Below are positions 47,059 through 60,540 of a stretch of DNA of 64,000 nt, one piece after another; the stretch's first letter is position 1, and every line of letters starts with the position of its first letter. The stretch covers positions 23,051,005-23,115,004 of the forward strand of contig JARFYF010000074.1 in assembly GCA_030265395.1 (NCBI GenBank). The letters are read 5' to 3'. The position numbers and the translations under genes are program-made. Source of the DNA: Rhina ancylostomus (taxonomy: Eukaryota). The notes under the pieces were generated by a model, which ran no database searches, was not told the DNA's origin, and worked only from the letters and a program-made list of their open reading frames with translations.

Positions 47059-47234
47059 TGGCTAGAAATTCATCCCCAGTTGGTTGCCTTAATGCCAGAG
47101 AAATGACAGTGATTTGTATCTTGCCTCTGAAACTCATTCCATTGACATCAATGGGACTGACAGGGTGCAGGGAATAGCACCCAGCAGCCATATAGTGCAT
47201 TTATTTGTATTGATGTGGGATGAACTTCGAGGCA
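47059..47234. mobile_element. Palindromic MITE (non-autonomous DNA transposon)
   Basis: GAAATTCATCCC (47065-47076) pairs with GGGATGAACTTC (47217-47228). The central palindrome CCATTGA-ca-TCAATGG lies exactly at the midpoint (47146/47147). Confidence 0.75.
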
Positions 47235-48559
47235 AACATTTCCCGTTACATTAAATCTCCAGAAATAATGTGACAGACCCTCTGCTTTAAAGCAGGTATA
47301 ACTTTTCCGATCTGCTGGTTTTTAAGATCTTAAGTGGGAAGAAAGTAGGTACTCCCCAAGCACAGGCTGTGCAGCCTGTCATTCCAGTTAAGTGTTGGCC
47401 TTGGGACTTAGAATCCATCAGAATTCCCAGCTCTGAAGCTGTGTAAGTGCACAGAGCCCCCACTGAAAATGTTGAAAAGAATGTGCTGCCTGGGGAAGGA
47501 TAAATAGACCTTATTTGACATAGTTCAGTTGTTAAAATGTATTTCATTGATTTTAAGTGGAGAAGGTGCTTTTTTAAATAAATGATCTAATTTTCTAAAA
47601 TATTATTTTTATTTCCTAATAGTCCCCGAATGTCTTTGAATGTTTGTGAATGTCAAAGACTGCACAGCAAGTCACTTGCATTGTGCTATTCTGGGCTGAT
47701 CAGCTGGGGGAATAGCCTTCCTGAAGAAATATTGCATTCTGGACCACACCCAATGAAGAGACATAGTCTAAGGGCAGGTGATCGCTGAGCTTGGGCAGTT
47801 CACCAGACGATAAGGTCCGATATCTCATTTCGGCTGAGCATTGTTTTCAGTAGCCTGCGTGTAAGTGGGGCTCCTGTTGAATATTATTTTCAGGCTTTAG
47901 GCTGCTGCACTGGTTGCATTTCTGAGGATCTTGGCTGTTGTACCTTCAGTCCTGTTAGAGGTCAAAGACAAAGTCATGATAAAAGTTGCATCACCTTACA
48001 TTGAAGGGAGAGAACAGAAAATTAGCTCCTGAAGCTTAGCAAAAAGGATCAGATACCAACTTTCTTTGGTAAACCAGAGATATTCAGTGAAACTCTAGAT
48101 ATGGAGTTAAGTGCCATTAGATCATTTTGACCTTGGGCAATAGTGCAAAATGTGAGATATTGATTCAGTCTCGCATTGTATATCTCTCAATTTTCATATC
48201 ATTTGACTTTGGAAGTGATGTGTATCTGAGTTAATGCTGCTTAATTCTATCAGCCATGGTCAAAATTAACCTTTGATCTTCGTCAGTCCATGAAAGGAAT
48301 CTGTTTATTTTTCAACACAGTGAGGAACTTTTAACAGAACTAAGGCTTTTAGGAGCAGAATGCCATAAGAGATAGGTAGAAGTAAAAGGCAATGAGAAAG
48401 AATAACATTACCTTGAGCTTTTGAATAGGATGCAAAGGGATCCTTCTGTCTAAGTATAATGCCAGCTTAAAGGAAAGTAACATTTCAGGCTCCATCAAAT
48501 TATATTATGAATTAGGCAAACCTGCTAATACTCACTGATTTGTATGTTCACTTTGCTGT

Positions 48560-48638
48560 GGAATAAGGCATCTTATTGCAGAGCAGACCCAATGAGCCAA
48601 ATGGCTGACTTCTGCTCCTTTGTCTTATGGTCTTATGA
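48560..48638 (+). mobile_element. CR1 3' tail
   Basis: 'gagcagacccaatgagccaaatggctgacttctgctcctttgtcttatggtcttatg'. Confidence 0.8.
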
Positions 48639-48689
48639 TTCAAACATGAGGTTATCTCGCACTAACTTAGTCAGCATTCTTTTTCTTTC

Positions 48690-49085
48690 TTTTTCAATCT
48701 TTTTTATTAGTTTTCAAATCAATACAAATGGTATATGGCATCAAAGTGTGTACATATCTTACAAAGAGATCTGGTTGTCACTCAAATCTTGGATAACCGT
48801 ACAATAAAATATAGAAAAAACAAAGTCCAACGATCTCTTAGTTAATGAAGAGAGTATAAAAGAAAGGAAAGAAAAANNNNNNNNNNNNNNNNNNNNNNNN
48901 NNNNNNNNNNNNNNNNNNNNNNNNNNNNNNNNNNNNNNNNNNNNNNNNNNNNNNNNNNNNNNNNNNNNNNNNNNNNGAAAATATTGGATAAATGGACTCC
49001 AAATGTCTTCAAATTTAAGCGAAGGATCAACAGTACCACTCCTAATTTTTTCCGAGTTTAAACATGACATAGTTTGAGAGAGTCA
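48690..49085 (-). mobile_element. L1-clade LINE 3' end
   Basis: ORF 48759-49070 MSCLNSEKIRSGTVDPSLKFEDIWSPFIQYF matches the fish/shark L1 ORF2 C-terminal LEKI..F..W.PF motif. AATAAA and an A-rich tail lie on the minus strand near 48700. Confidence 0.85.
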
Positions 49086-49977
49086 GCATTCAGAGAAACT
49101 GAAGAAATTCTCATGAAAAAGGCATGGACTTGCAGGTAAGGTCTCCAGAGGGCCGTTGCACCATTGGATATGCTTCTAAAGTAGTAGATATTAGATGGAT
49201 ATTAGATTATGTTTAAAAAGGCACCTGATGTCATTAAATCCCAAAGCCTATGATCAAATTATTTTGATAGAAAGAAATAAAAGGTACTCAGTGCTAATTT
49301 CAACAATAAGATTGCTTATTCTGAGACAAACTTTTGAATTGTGAATTTTCCTGCCCCATCCATTGTCAAATTACTAGCAACACTAATTTACAAACATTTC
49401 CCAGAATCCACTGCCAGCAAAGCGTAAATAAGTGAAGAACACCTTATAAAATATTTCCCTCACATTCACCAGTTAGAGGTGTCTGAATTATGGACATTCC
49501 TGAACATCCCATGACTTACCAGCTGCTGCTGAGGCATCAGAATACACTTCTCCTTAGTCTAAGAAACTCCAAAGCTTAAATATTTCAAAGCACATTAAGA
49601 ACAGTACCTTGGACATCTTACTAGAGGACTGATGGATGTACTAAATTCTAAAAAACGAAAATTGAAAATGATTTAAAAACAGAAATTATTCCTCAAGCAG
49701 AATTCAGTGAAACTATGTTAATAGAAGCCAATCTCCTAACAATCCAGAATGTGAAAAGGGAATATTGTCACTTGAAAGTTCTTGGATTATACTTTGATTG
49801 AAACTAGACCTAAAATTTAGGCTGACCTTTGTTTTAATCATGCCACTTGCTTCCTTTGGAACATAAAAACTGGTGAAAAATAGGCAGGAATTCTGCAATT
49901 ATTTTGATTCTGATTTCCATATTCTATGAGCTTCAAAGTTGTTATAGTTCAAATAAAACTGATTAAAACTAAATGGA

Positions 49978-50048
49978 AACACAAAAGACTGCAGATGCTG
50001 GAATCTGGAGCAATAAACAATCTGCTGCATTCCTCCAGCAGACTCTTT
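49978..50048. mobile_element. Penelope-like termini collapsed to a mini-hairpin
   Basis: 'agactgcagatgctggaatctggagcaataaacaatctgctg' (minus end) is joined directly to 'ttcctccagcagact' (plus end). Confidence 0.7.
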
Positions 50049-50215
50049 ATTGATTAAAAATAAAGGCTTGTAGGTCAACATTATTATTTCATTGTGTTTT
50101 CTTTAAATAATCAAATTGGATGATAAATATTATTTATGAATTATTTGCTGTTTAGAAGGATGAGTAATTCAGGAAAGTCAATGTGAAATTTCAGAGAACA
50201 AAGTTTTAAATATAG

Positions 50216-50601
50216 TGTTACGTACCAGCAGCAACAGAAACACACTGAGATATGTATAAGTGTTAAAAACTACTTTATTAATAACTACTTATGATAATAA
50301 AACTACTTTATTAATAACTACTTATGATAATAAGTAAAATAAAAGTAAAAATATTAGAATGTTAGAAGTAAAAATNNNNNNNNNNNNNNNNNNNNNNNNN
50401 NNNNNNNNNNNNNNNNNNNNNNNNNNNNNNNNNNNNNNNNNNNNNNNNNNNNNNNNNNNNNNNNNNNNNNNNNNNACTGACTCCGACTGGCTGTTCCAAC
50501 AACGTCATGACATTCTTTATCTTCTGTTGACGTAAGCACGCCACACACACACGCACACACTATCTTAAAGGAACACTCACTAATAGTCATAGTCCATAAC
50601 A
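50216..50601 (-). mobile_element. Solo LTR (TGTTA...TAACA) with perfect 4-bp TSD
   Basis: ATAG at 50212-50215 and 50602-50605. TTTATT implies a minus-strand polyA signal. CpGs retained, suggesting a young insertion. Internal ~33-bp tandem duplication near 50267-50332. Confidence 0.88.
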
Positions 50602-53600
50602 ATAGATACAATGGATTCACATGGCATCGTGCAGCCACCATTATAATGAGATGTAGAAATCAAACTGGGCAACAAAAATATGACCTGTAAACCAACTGGA
50701 AATATCCCCAAGGATTCACTCCAGATACACTGACAATGTGCAACAAGTTGAAAGGTTGAGAGCTACCTCTAAAATCAGCATTACAACTGCAATAACCAGT
50801 CACATCACATAAAAGGCTTCATACATAATACATTTTTATTTTCTGTAAACTATTGAGGATAACCTTTCCAGTACTTATTAAAGCCTGCAGCTGCTAGGAC
50901 CACTGGGGACATTCAACATCAGTTACAGTAGAGATACAGCCAGTCCAATAAAAGGAAGGTGGAAATATTTTGTTAAACAAACTATCAGTTGTATTTCTTA
51001 GAACACGCAGCAGCAATAATCTCTATTGGATGCTGAAATTATCATTCATGCCTTTTCAGAGTAATTAATGTTGCTGAAAATGAATGTATTTCATCCTGCA
51101 AGGAATTTAGCAGACACTGAAATATTGAAGCAGGCTCAATAAATTGTGGTGCAATTGATTTTAATACAACTCCTGTGATTAATTCTTCTAAACTGTTGTT
51201 ATGTGATCATGAATTATAATAAATGCTTTCATTTAAAGGTTTCATTTTGCCCAAACATTATTTATGTGTATAATGCAGAAGAATAAGAATCTATAAAGAA
51301 TATGTGCTAATGTCACTCAGCACTTTCAAGTTGATCAACAATTTAGGAACTGATAAAGTCTTGCGTTACACAAAACAGTGTTATTAATTTCACATGCAAT
51401 CTCACCCTAATAATCATGATCAAAGTTGGCTGGAGTGAATCATTGTGACTTTCACTGATATCATTTCAGGGTCTTGCTTAACCTTTATTTAGTTTATATT
51501 TGGGGAAATGAAAAGCAAGAGCGAGGCACAAAGGGCAGCTGAATCAATAATGCCCAATTCAGCCTATCATTCAAAGTCAAAATTGCATGCAAGGTGCATT
51601 ATTTCCCTCCAGCAGTGCAATGTTCAATATCTTTGTAAGAAATTATTTTATGTTGCATTTTAATAATGCTGCAGTGGTGATCTACCTCCTTTTGTAAAAC
51701 ATTACCAGATGCTATTTTTCCCCCTCCAATTTGCCATTTGAAACTTCTGTTCGATCCATTTGTTATTGAGAGGCCCTACATAATACAAATCTTTTCTACT
51801 TTAACAAACAAATTATCTCAACTGAGATAATTGGGAAATATGCTGCAGCACTTTCAGTGGCAAAATGCTAGCCTTTATTGCAGAGTTTCTTTATATTTAG
51901 CATTAGCAGAAAATTATTTCTAACCCTGATTTGATGAATTCTTTCCTTTTACCCCTTTTTCTGGCATGAGGAAGGTTTTATTAAAATAGTTATAAATATT
52001 GCAGTTATTAGATATGTCAACTCTAACCAGAACATACCTGAACTGAATATCTGCTATGAAAAGTAATTTTTGAAATCCAGCATTTTATTTTAATTTCAAG
52101 TCTATCTCATTACCATCAAAATTTGAACAATAAAATATTCGTAACAGTTGAGAGAAAATTGCAAAAAACCTTCTTGCTGATTTAATATGAAAATGAACAG
52201 TATGACTGTGGTGTGAAATGACACCATCTGCTTAGTCACGTTGCAAGTAGCAGAGACGTGAGTCATTCTAGAAACACAGATGAATAGGATCATTCAGTCT
52301 CAAACCCTAAAGTAGCACCAAACTGGCCTATTATTTCATTGCCGCCCATGAAGGTATATTAAGTGGTCACTGCGCTGTGTGCTAGCAAGCAATTTGGTTG
52401 GGGGTTGTCCACCTGGAAACCCAATAATGCTTTTGGCATCATCCTTTGCCTCTTTCTTACATTGGCGGAGTATGTGATGGACATTGACTGCCACAAGGGT
52501 TGGCTGTTTGCAATTAACTGTCAATAATTGTGTGTTGGAGGAGTCAGGTGATCTGTGTGGGAGTTCAAGTCAGGCAATTATTACAAGCTTGGAGGTATGG
52601 CGGTTTGTTACTGGAAGGGAGATGATAAGTAAATCACTCAAAGGGAATAGCATAAATCCCATCCCACTTGAGCCAGAACCCCGCAGTTGGCCAGGGACCT
52701 GCTTAGGGAGATCTCCTTGAAGTCATGTGGAAGAAGGACTCGTGCTGAGAAAACTTTCTTCTGCAGTAAGGATCAGCAGACAGTTTGGACACTGTAATGA
52801 GAAGAACATTGTGCTTCCCCTAACACTATACTCCACACATATAATATCCTAGACAACTGGAGGACCAGAATGAAAATTTAGACTTTGCAAATAATGCTGT
52901 AAATCCCTTATTTTCATTCCAGATTTATTTTTCATAGAAACTGGATCACGTGGTGTGCCAATATGAGATCTAATTTCTAGACATACATGCAAATATAGAA
53001 ATCTATTTCACAGAATGATTACGGTTCATATGAATTCCTGAAATCAGTCCTAATCTTGTCTTTTACTAATTTGAACCCATATCTATTTATCTTCCTATCA
53101 CAATTTTATTTGAAAACATGCCCCAGTGTTCCCAAGTTATCTTTTACATTAGCTTTAGCTGTCTCCCTTTACTTTTAAAAACCATTTCTCCATTGTTTCC
53201 TTTCAAGTCTGAGGGAGACATGTCTTATAATTCAGTCCGTTGAAGTTATTGATCTGTTTCAAGGCTCTTCCCAACACCATTTCCAAGGTATTAGTGACAT
53301 CAGTGGCTCAGTGACATGGAAATGAAAGAAAATTAAAGTTCAAGTTCCATATTATAGAGCTTGACTTTTTACACTTTTCTTAAGGTTCAGTATTCTACAT
53401 ATTTTGTTGACTGCTGCACAGTGTAAGTCACAGCCTTCTAATGCTTGTAATTACTGGGACACAGTTTGTGTGGACAGACCACTAAACCCAATGTTTCCAA
53501 GCCGATAAAAATAAAATAGAATATTGGGATTGCATTAGGTTGCATGTCAAGATTTATGATCGGTCTTTATCTTCGCTGCATACTGTTTTGCTCTCCTTAT

Positions 53601-55049
53601 TTTAACAATGGATATTCTATTGTAGGAGAGAATTTAGGAAAGGGATGCACAGTTGATCCTACAGTCCAATGCAATCCTAGATTTTTTTCTTTCTTGTAAA
53701 GATTGAGGAGGTTTGATAAAAACATCAACAATGGTGAATGGTTAAAAAAGGGCTCCCAGTACAATTTTTTTTGTGTGGTGTCCAGATCTTCAGCACAAGG
53801 TGTCACATTTACAGATTAATGACATTAAAAGAAACTGTTAAATGTGAGAGGAACCTTTTAATTACTGAAGCATAAGCTTTAAGAAGCTTATTGTGGCCAT
53901 AGGCCATTGAGCTGGTTACCACAGAAAATTCTCTGGGATGGGGAGAGCTATGCAACCAAATAAAGAGATGGGCAGGCAGCAAGTTCCACTACAGCCAACA
54001 GGAACTGGCTCATCAACATATGGAGCAGCCACTTCCTGTCCTCAACAATGACCTGCGCTCACCATGCCAGCTGGGATACACACCTGGGCACCATATCTCA
54101 GAGCTGAGTGGCCGCACAACACACCTCAGTCTGCCAAACGCCAGCCCTCACAGCCAGCCTCTGTACATTGCTTCACTCCACTCCAAGCTATATGGTGATG
54201 AGATCATTTTACCCATTCCATTGCTGCAGGAGCATGAGCATAAGGATGAGTCCTCAACCTGGTTCCAGGCATAGCAGCAGGCAGCAGTAGGAAGGGCAGA
54301 GGTTCATGCCAGGCTTCTGGCGTCCAGGTTAAGGATTCCACAGTGCACAGCAGTGGGGAGGGGAGGGGTTCACACTAGGCCCCTGGCACAGCAGTACTGT
54401 CAGTAGAGCATCACAAATGCTTCAATGACCCCTACTAGGGCTGATTCCAAAAGCACTCTTGTGGGAAACTGTGTTAAAGGTCTGACAGCATGAGTCTGTG
54501 CGCCGAACTTTACTTCCCATCACCTGCAGGCTGGTTACTGCTCATGTCCTGCTGCACACTACAGAATGACTGAGACAGTAATGGCAGTATTGTGCAGGGA
54601 ACCATGGCAGTAGTATGGCCAGGATTACTGCACTTTAATACATTGAGTATCCTTGCACAGACACTATATCCAACTCTCCACCCATTCACAGACATTGGCA
54701 CATCTTTGACAGATTGGTGCTCTCATTACTGCCCCTCCCAATTTAATGTTGAACTTTTCTAATACAGCTCAGATTACAAATCAAAAAAATATGCCTAGAA
54801 ATTGAATTTCATCCATTTTTGGTGTCTAAGTGGGTGTTGTATTTAGCCTAAACTTTAATCAGGAGATCTGCAACAGATTTGCCAAACTTACCTTTAAAAT
54901 TGTTTATAGAGCATTTGTCCACCATTTAGGTGCACTAAATCATGAGGCTGCTAATTCCCAGCTGTCAGCAGAGATTATTGCTGTGGCATCATTGGTATCA
55001 GGAAAAATGGAAAGGGGGCATCAGCCTTAATGCATACACACTATGGCAG

Positions 55050-55450
55050 TCGCTGGAGCTTTGGAGAATAACAGGTGGCTTAATTAAGAAAGATAAAATC
55101 CTGAGGAATTTTGACGTGGATATAAAGAAGATGTTTTTGCTGGTATGAGAAACTGGAGCTAGGAATCACTATTTTAAAATGGTAGAAGGTAAGACTGGGG
55201 TCATGCATTTAGGACAGAAATGGGGTGAATTTCTTTCTTTTAGAGTTTGTGGGTCTTGGGAAAACTTTTAAAAATCAAAGTTTTGGAATGTTGTTAAGTG
55301 ACAGGTAGGTTGATAGTTAATAAACAGGGAGGTAAAAGATTACTGGGTTATGCAGGACTGTGGAGTTGAGGTTACATTCAGGTCAGTCATGATCTTGTTA
55401 TGATGGAGCAGGCTTGAGGGGCCATATATCCTATTCCTGCTCCTACTTCA
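55050..55450 (+). mobile_element. Old CR1 3' end
   Basis: SLELWRITGGLIKKDKILRNFD..KMFLLV; tail 'ggagcaggcttgaggggcc..cctattcctgctcct'. Confidence 0.85.
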
Positions 55451-56409
55451 TGTAGCAACTCTACAGGAAGTTGCTACAAAGAGAGGGGAGAACACAGTAG
55501 ATGGGGGAATACGTGCCTTCATTATGTCTGGCCTCTCACAACCCACAGTCCCATGCACATTTTCATTCTGTGCTTAAGTGGCCCAAGCCCCTTTTTCATA
55601 ATGCAGGTAGTGATCTGACCTGTGAATTATGCAGTAAAAAGTTAATGCACATACTCAAACTCATAGAACCAATCAGCTTCACATATGGTTAATCCAGAAT
55701 TTGTTCTTAATCAGACAGTGAGTTTCATAGATTGCACAGTTTAGCACCAATTTCTACCTTTGCTGAAGAAATGAGGCCATGCTCATTGCTGATATCACTA
55801 CATGTGTGAAAGATGCCAAGGAAGTGACACCTACATAAGGATGAGTTTTACCTGCTGATCCCCAGTCCCATAACACAATCAACCAGAAATGGACATAACT
55901 GCATGGAAGAATGTGTAACATTATTTTTCTGTGCATTTTACATACAAAAAAGGTTGCAAATGAGTTACATTTCTAGGCCTGTACATGTATGCCCACATAC
56001 TGTGGCCATTCTTGTTTTGCCAACATTTATAAACATGTGATGATGGTGTGAATGTCCTCTTTGCTGGAGCTGAGGTTGTTTTTAGCCAGTGCTCCAGGTG
56101 GGCAGAGAAGCAGTTCTAGGATTTGCAGGAGAATAAGTCATGGCAGAAAAACATTTCTGTAAAAAACAGAACATCTTCAATGTTTCAAATTTGCAGAAGT
56201 ATGACTCCATGACTTCCTGAACTGCAGAAGTCCTGTAACTTGATCCTGTTCCTGACTAGACTTAGACCTGTCATTGGTACAAACTGGACATAATTGTGAA
56301 TGAGGTACTACAAAAACTCTTAACAGGTCACCCACCAACAAAACTTCATGCTGTCAAATTGAAATCTACAGTTTAGTGTTTGATTGGTTTGTTCATCATC
56401 TGTGTCACT

Positions 56410-56650
56410 GGAAATGTTGGCATTTCTTGTCCACTCCAAAATACCCCTGAACTGAATAGTCAATCACATCGGATAAGAATGGTGGATTTGCTTCCTCGAT
56501 GGACATCAGTGAACCAGATGGGTTTTTAACAATAATCCAGTAGTTTTGTGCCTAATGCTTTAATTCCAGTTGGCACAGTGGGATTTGAACTCATGCACCT
56601 GGATGAATGGTCCTTAATTCTGGCTGCCAGTCCAGCAACTTAATGTAGTA
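56410..56650 (-). mobile_element. Third tRNA-derived SINE family
   Basis: Reverse B-box 'gggatttgaactc'; body 'ggatttgcttcctcgatggacatcagtgaaccagatgggttttta'. Related pieces at ~60545-60640 (-) and 62185-62320 (+). Confidence 0.7.
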
Positions 56651-59600
56651 AAAACTATTATGATACCAAGTCCATAGGTTATTACTACATCACCAGATAA
56701 ATTAAATATTTAGAAGGATACAACATAAAATAAATTTTATAAAATACATTCATTTTATTTGAATTAAGGAATAATACAGTAAAGGTTCATTTAAAAAAAA
56801 GCAATAGAAAAATCGTTCCCACTCTTAATCGTAGAACACTACTTAAATTACATGAACATTTCAATCACGCATAAATTCATATTATACTGTATAAACACAT
56901 ACCACAAGAGAAGTATTTAATGTACTTTGGCCAAGCATGTAGTTCATTACATAGTCTCACTAATCACAAATCACTGCTCTACTCTGTTTTAGTGAAAACA
57001 CATTCATTTATTTTCCACTTGGCACAGTCAAGTTCTTACTTCAAATCACACGTTTTTAGTATTCTTGTTCATATCTCCTTAAATGTTACCTGGCAAATCC
57101 TGATGAGAAGGTTTAAACTACAAATATTCAGTTATTTTAGACCAGGAAGCTCATCAGATATCTGTCATGATTACATACTTCAATTATTTTACAGTTCTTA
57201 ACAGCAATATAAACTGAATCAGACCATCTTTCAATCACAAGCATTGATTCCACTATCACTATGTTATCTTTGGGATGTGTGTCTGAATCAAGGCTGCATA
57301 GGGAATCTGAGATTCATCACCTAGGGATCTTTCTCTCCCTCTCATGGGAGACCTGGATGAGATTAGTTTGAGCAGCTTCTATTCAGTTCCTAGTAGATGC
57401 AAAGGCATAGCATGAAACCAACCATAATTTGCAACTGATTGAACAATCAAACTCAAGCACTGTTTGGATAACTAACATGGATAATAAATTAACTGATACA
57501 TATGCGGCGGCAGAGAGTTACTTTGAATTTAGGTTTAAGGTTAATTAACAGAGAAGTGTAGGGAGAGCTGTAATTGTCAGGTGACCAGTGTAGTTCAGAG
57601 CCGAGAGTGCTTGATACCAAGTCTGGAGGTTAAGCCTTGCCACTTGGACAGCAAGTCGCAGAAATTAGTCACTTTAATTAAAGCCTGGAAACAGCTTTGT
57701 TATTTAATTTAATTCCATTCAGTCTTTACTATGATAAACACAAGATTAAAACAGAAGTTTATATATCATTAGACTAATTCATGCTGACTTGCACCCAACC
57801 AATACTGGATTTTGCATGGCAGGCACAAGGCATAATTGTTGGTTCGGAGCCTGGGGTTTCCTTCCATTAATCTAAGTGAGCAAGAAATTGTGACCTTTCC
57901 CAGACTGTAGGAGGGAGCTTGGATGCAGCTTGTAGTTCTCTGCCATTTCTCAGATCTGTCCATTGAACCTCTGTTGATTCCCTTACCCTTGTTCTGATTT
58001 AGTATGATTATTTCAGTAACTTTAATCAAAATCACCCAGTTCTTTTTCTAATCTTTCTATGGAACTTGTAACCTTCAATGCTTAGTGTTCAATCATGACT
58101 AACCTGCAGTCCTAGTAATGGTCCCCATTTAATTCATTGCAAGCTATATTTAAACCATCAAATCACTGGGTTTATCTCTAACACACTACGCAACACTACA
58201 TTAACTTGAACAAAAGATCCAAATCTGCCTTTCTTCTCGAGGAATCAAAAATCTGTCAGTGTTCAGTCTCATACTGTTTAATTAGACTTTATATGCCATT
58301 CTGCCAGTAACTAGTTATTTTAGTATTCCCTTCACACCAACTGTCTATAACATTGTCTGCTATCGTTCCTTTTAGAAAAATCTTTAAACTATCTTTATAC
58401 TGATGTTTTTGGCAGATCCCTCCCTCTTTAATTTAATGGTTCATAGTCTTTATAACCCACCTATTTATCCTTTCCAGTAGGATTTCAATTCCAGCTCAGC
58501 TTGACATTGATTGTAGGTGACTCACAGTTACTCCACGATGCCTGTCAGGTGCTGTGCCGAGGTATGTAGTTTGCACATATGCAATGATAGTCATGAACCT
58601 CTTAGGAAAGAAATATTTTTAAAAAAACAGCCATAATCAAGTGTAACAGTTCACCAACAGGAAATTGTGCTATGAAATTTAGATTTCCCCTGACAATTTA
58701 AAGTTGACAATTTATATGAATTATCTGGTAATTAGTTCATTCAAATTAAACAGTTGCATCAATGTCACATAGGAAGGTGTAAATTAACACACTATGACAA
58801 CACTTCTTCATTTCACTTACTTCCAAAACATTTTGTTCTCTCCTGCCACCTCTACTATAACTTGATATTATTACAATCCATTTTGTAAAATAGAAACAGG
58901 GTACACCAATTATACAATTTTTGATGCAATAACATATCCATATTGGACTACAAATTATTTCATCTTGGTTGATATTAGGGTAAATTAAGTACAAGTTAGA
59001 AGTTGGACTGCAGCCCCATAACTTCAATTTTCTGACAGCACTTCCTTCAGCAGTGGTTCCCCACCACAAATGTGGGATTATGGAATGGATCTCAGGACAC
59101 TGACATGCCATAGTTTTCAAAGTAGGTGAACTGCATTAGTGCATCAGTGTAGCCTATTCACAAGACTGAACATTTCCAATCATTTCACAGTGGTTCTCTG
59201 GAGGAACATTGATTTCATGGAAAAAAATTAGGCAAGCCACTTTTTTAACTCCCCATTTAAGCAGGACTCAAATAATTTTAGCCACAGCATAATTTCACAT
59301 TTAACAACTGATGAATGAAAAGCAATATATTACTGAGCAACTTTCTTTAAAAAAAGGGTTTAACAATCATCTTTTTTCTTGAAGCCATCACTTGTTTAAG
59401 CTACATTCTGTATCTTAAAAATTAATTTTGCTCACGTACAATTTGTTCACCCTCTCCAGTAGCAGCTGAGATATTGCCTGATAGTGATTGACAGGAACCC
59501 TGGAGAGAAGAGACATGGACAGCTGCCTTGCTGACCTTGCACAAAATTGGAAATTTTCCAGACAATTAATCCATTTTTACTTAATTACATGATTATATAT

Positions 59601-60070
59601 ATATTTTTTAAAAATAAAGTGGGCCACTTTATTTGATGCAAGATGAAACACCCCTGTGAGGAGCATTTTATGGATAATATTATAATAATGTCCATGTTAA
59701 TCGGCAGAATGTCTTGATTGTAGGTGAAACTTTAAGACCTTTCAGCATAGTGGTCTGCTCACTTTCAGTAGCATTATTAACACTATCTGAACGCCACATC
59801 TGGAGAAAATGGTGCATTTTCAAAAAGGAAGAAATCATATTGTATTTTAAAAACAGATTCTTTCCCACACTCAATATTAAGACCATATCATTTAAAAGAA
59901 TTGAAAATCTCAAAAATTGGAAGTTGTAAAGTCACTAATGAAAAGGCCCAGATGCTGTGACCAAGTTTACCTGCTGTGGGCTGGACAACTAGGCTGAAAA
60001 ATTTCATAGTAACTGTCCGTATTAAACTGTCCACTTTGCTAAGACTCTTTGTTCTACCCTTTGTAAATCT

Positions 60071-60248
60071 TGCTCTGGTTTCCTCCCACATTCCAAAGGC
60101 GTACAGGTCAGGAGCTGTGGACATGCTGTGTTGGCGCCGGAAGAGTGACGACACTTGTGGGTAGTCCCCACAACACTCTATGCAAAAGATGCATTTCACT
60201 GTGTGTTTCGATGCACATGTGACTAATAAAGATACTGTATCTTGTCTT
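60071..60248 (+). mobile_element. 5'-truncated V-SINE, same family as 12050 and 36255
   Basis: 'ggtttcctcccacattccaaag..gttggcgccggaag..gcatttcactgtgtgtttcgatgcacatgtgactaataaag'. Confidence 0.95.
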
Positions 60249-60334
60249 AACTCATGACAAATCCTGTTCACTCATTATCTTTATATTTGCTGATCTAAAT
60301 TGACACCCAGTAAAATAAGTTTAATTTTAAAATC

Positions 60335-60540
60335 TGCACCATGTTTTTAAATCCCTCCCTGATGTCATTGGTTTTTATCTCTCATCTCTTGCAGTCCTGC
60401 AACCCTCTCAGCTATCTTCTAATGTGGGCCCCTTGATCATCCTTGTCTTTAATCCCATCAGATACATGAACCCTAATTTCTGAAATTGCCTTCCAATACC
60501 AGTTTTTTTTTTACTGATCTTTCTTCTTTAAAGATGTGGA
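60335..60540 (+). mobile_element. Decayed L2 LINE 3' fragment
   Basis: FKSL..LLQSCNPL.. and an LWNxLP-like remnant ('tctgaaattgccttcc'). Confidence 0.5.
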
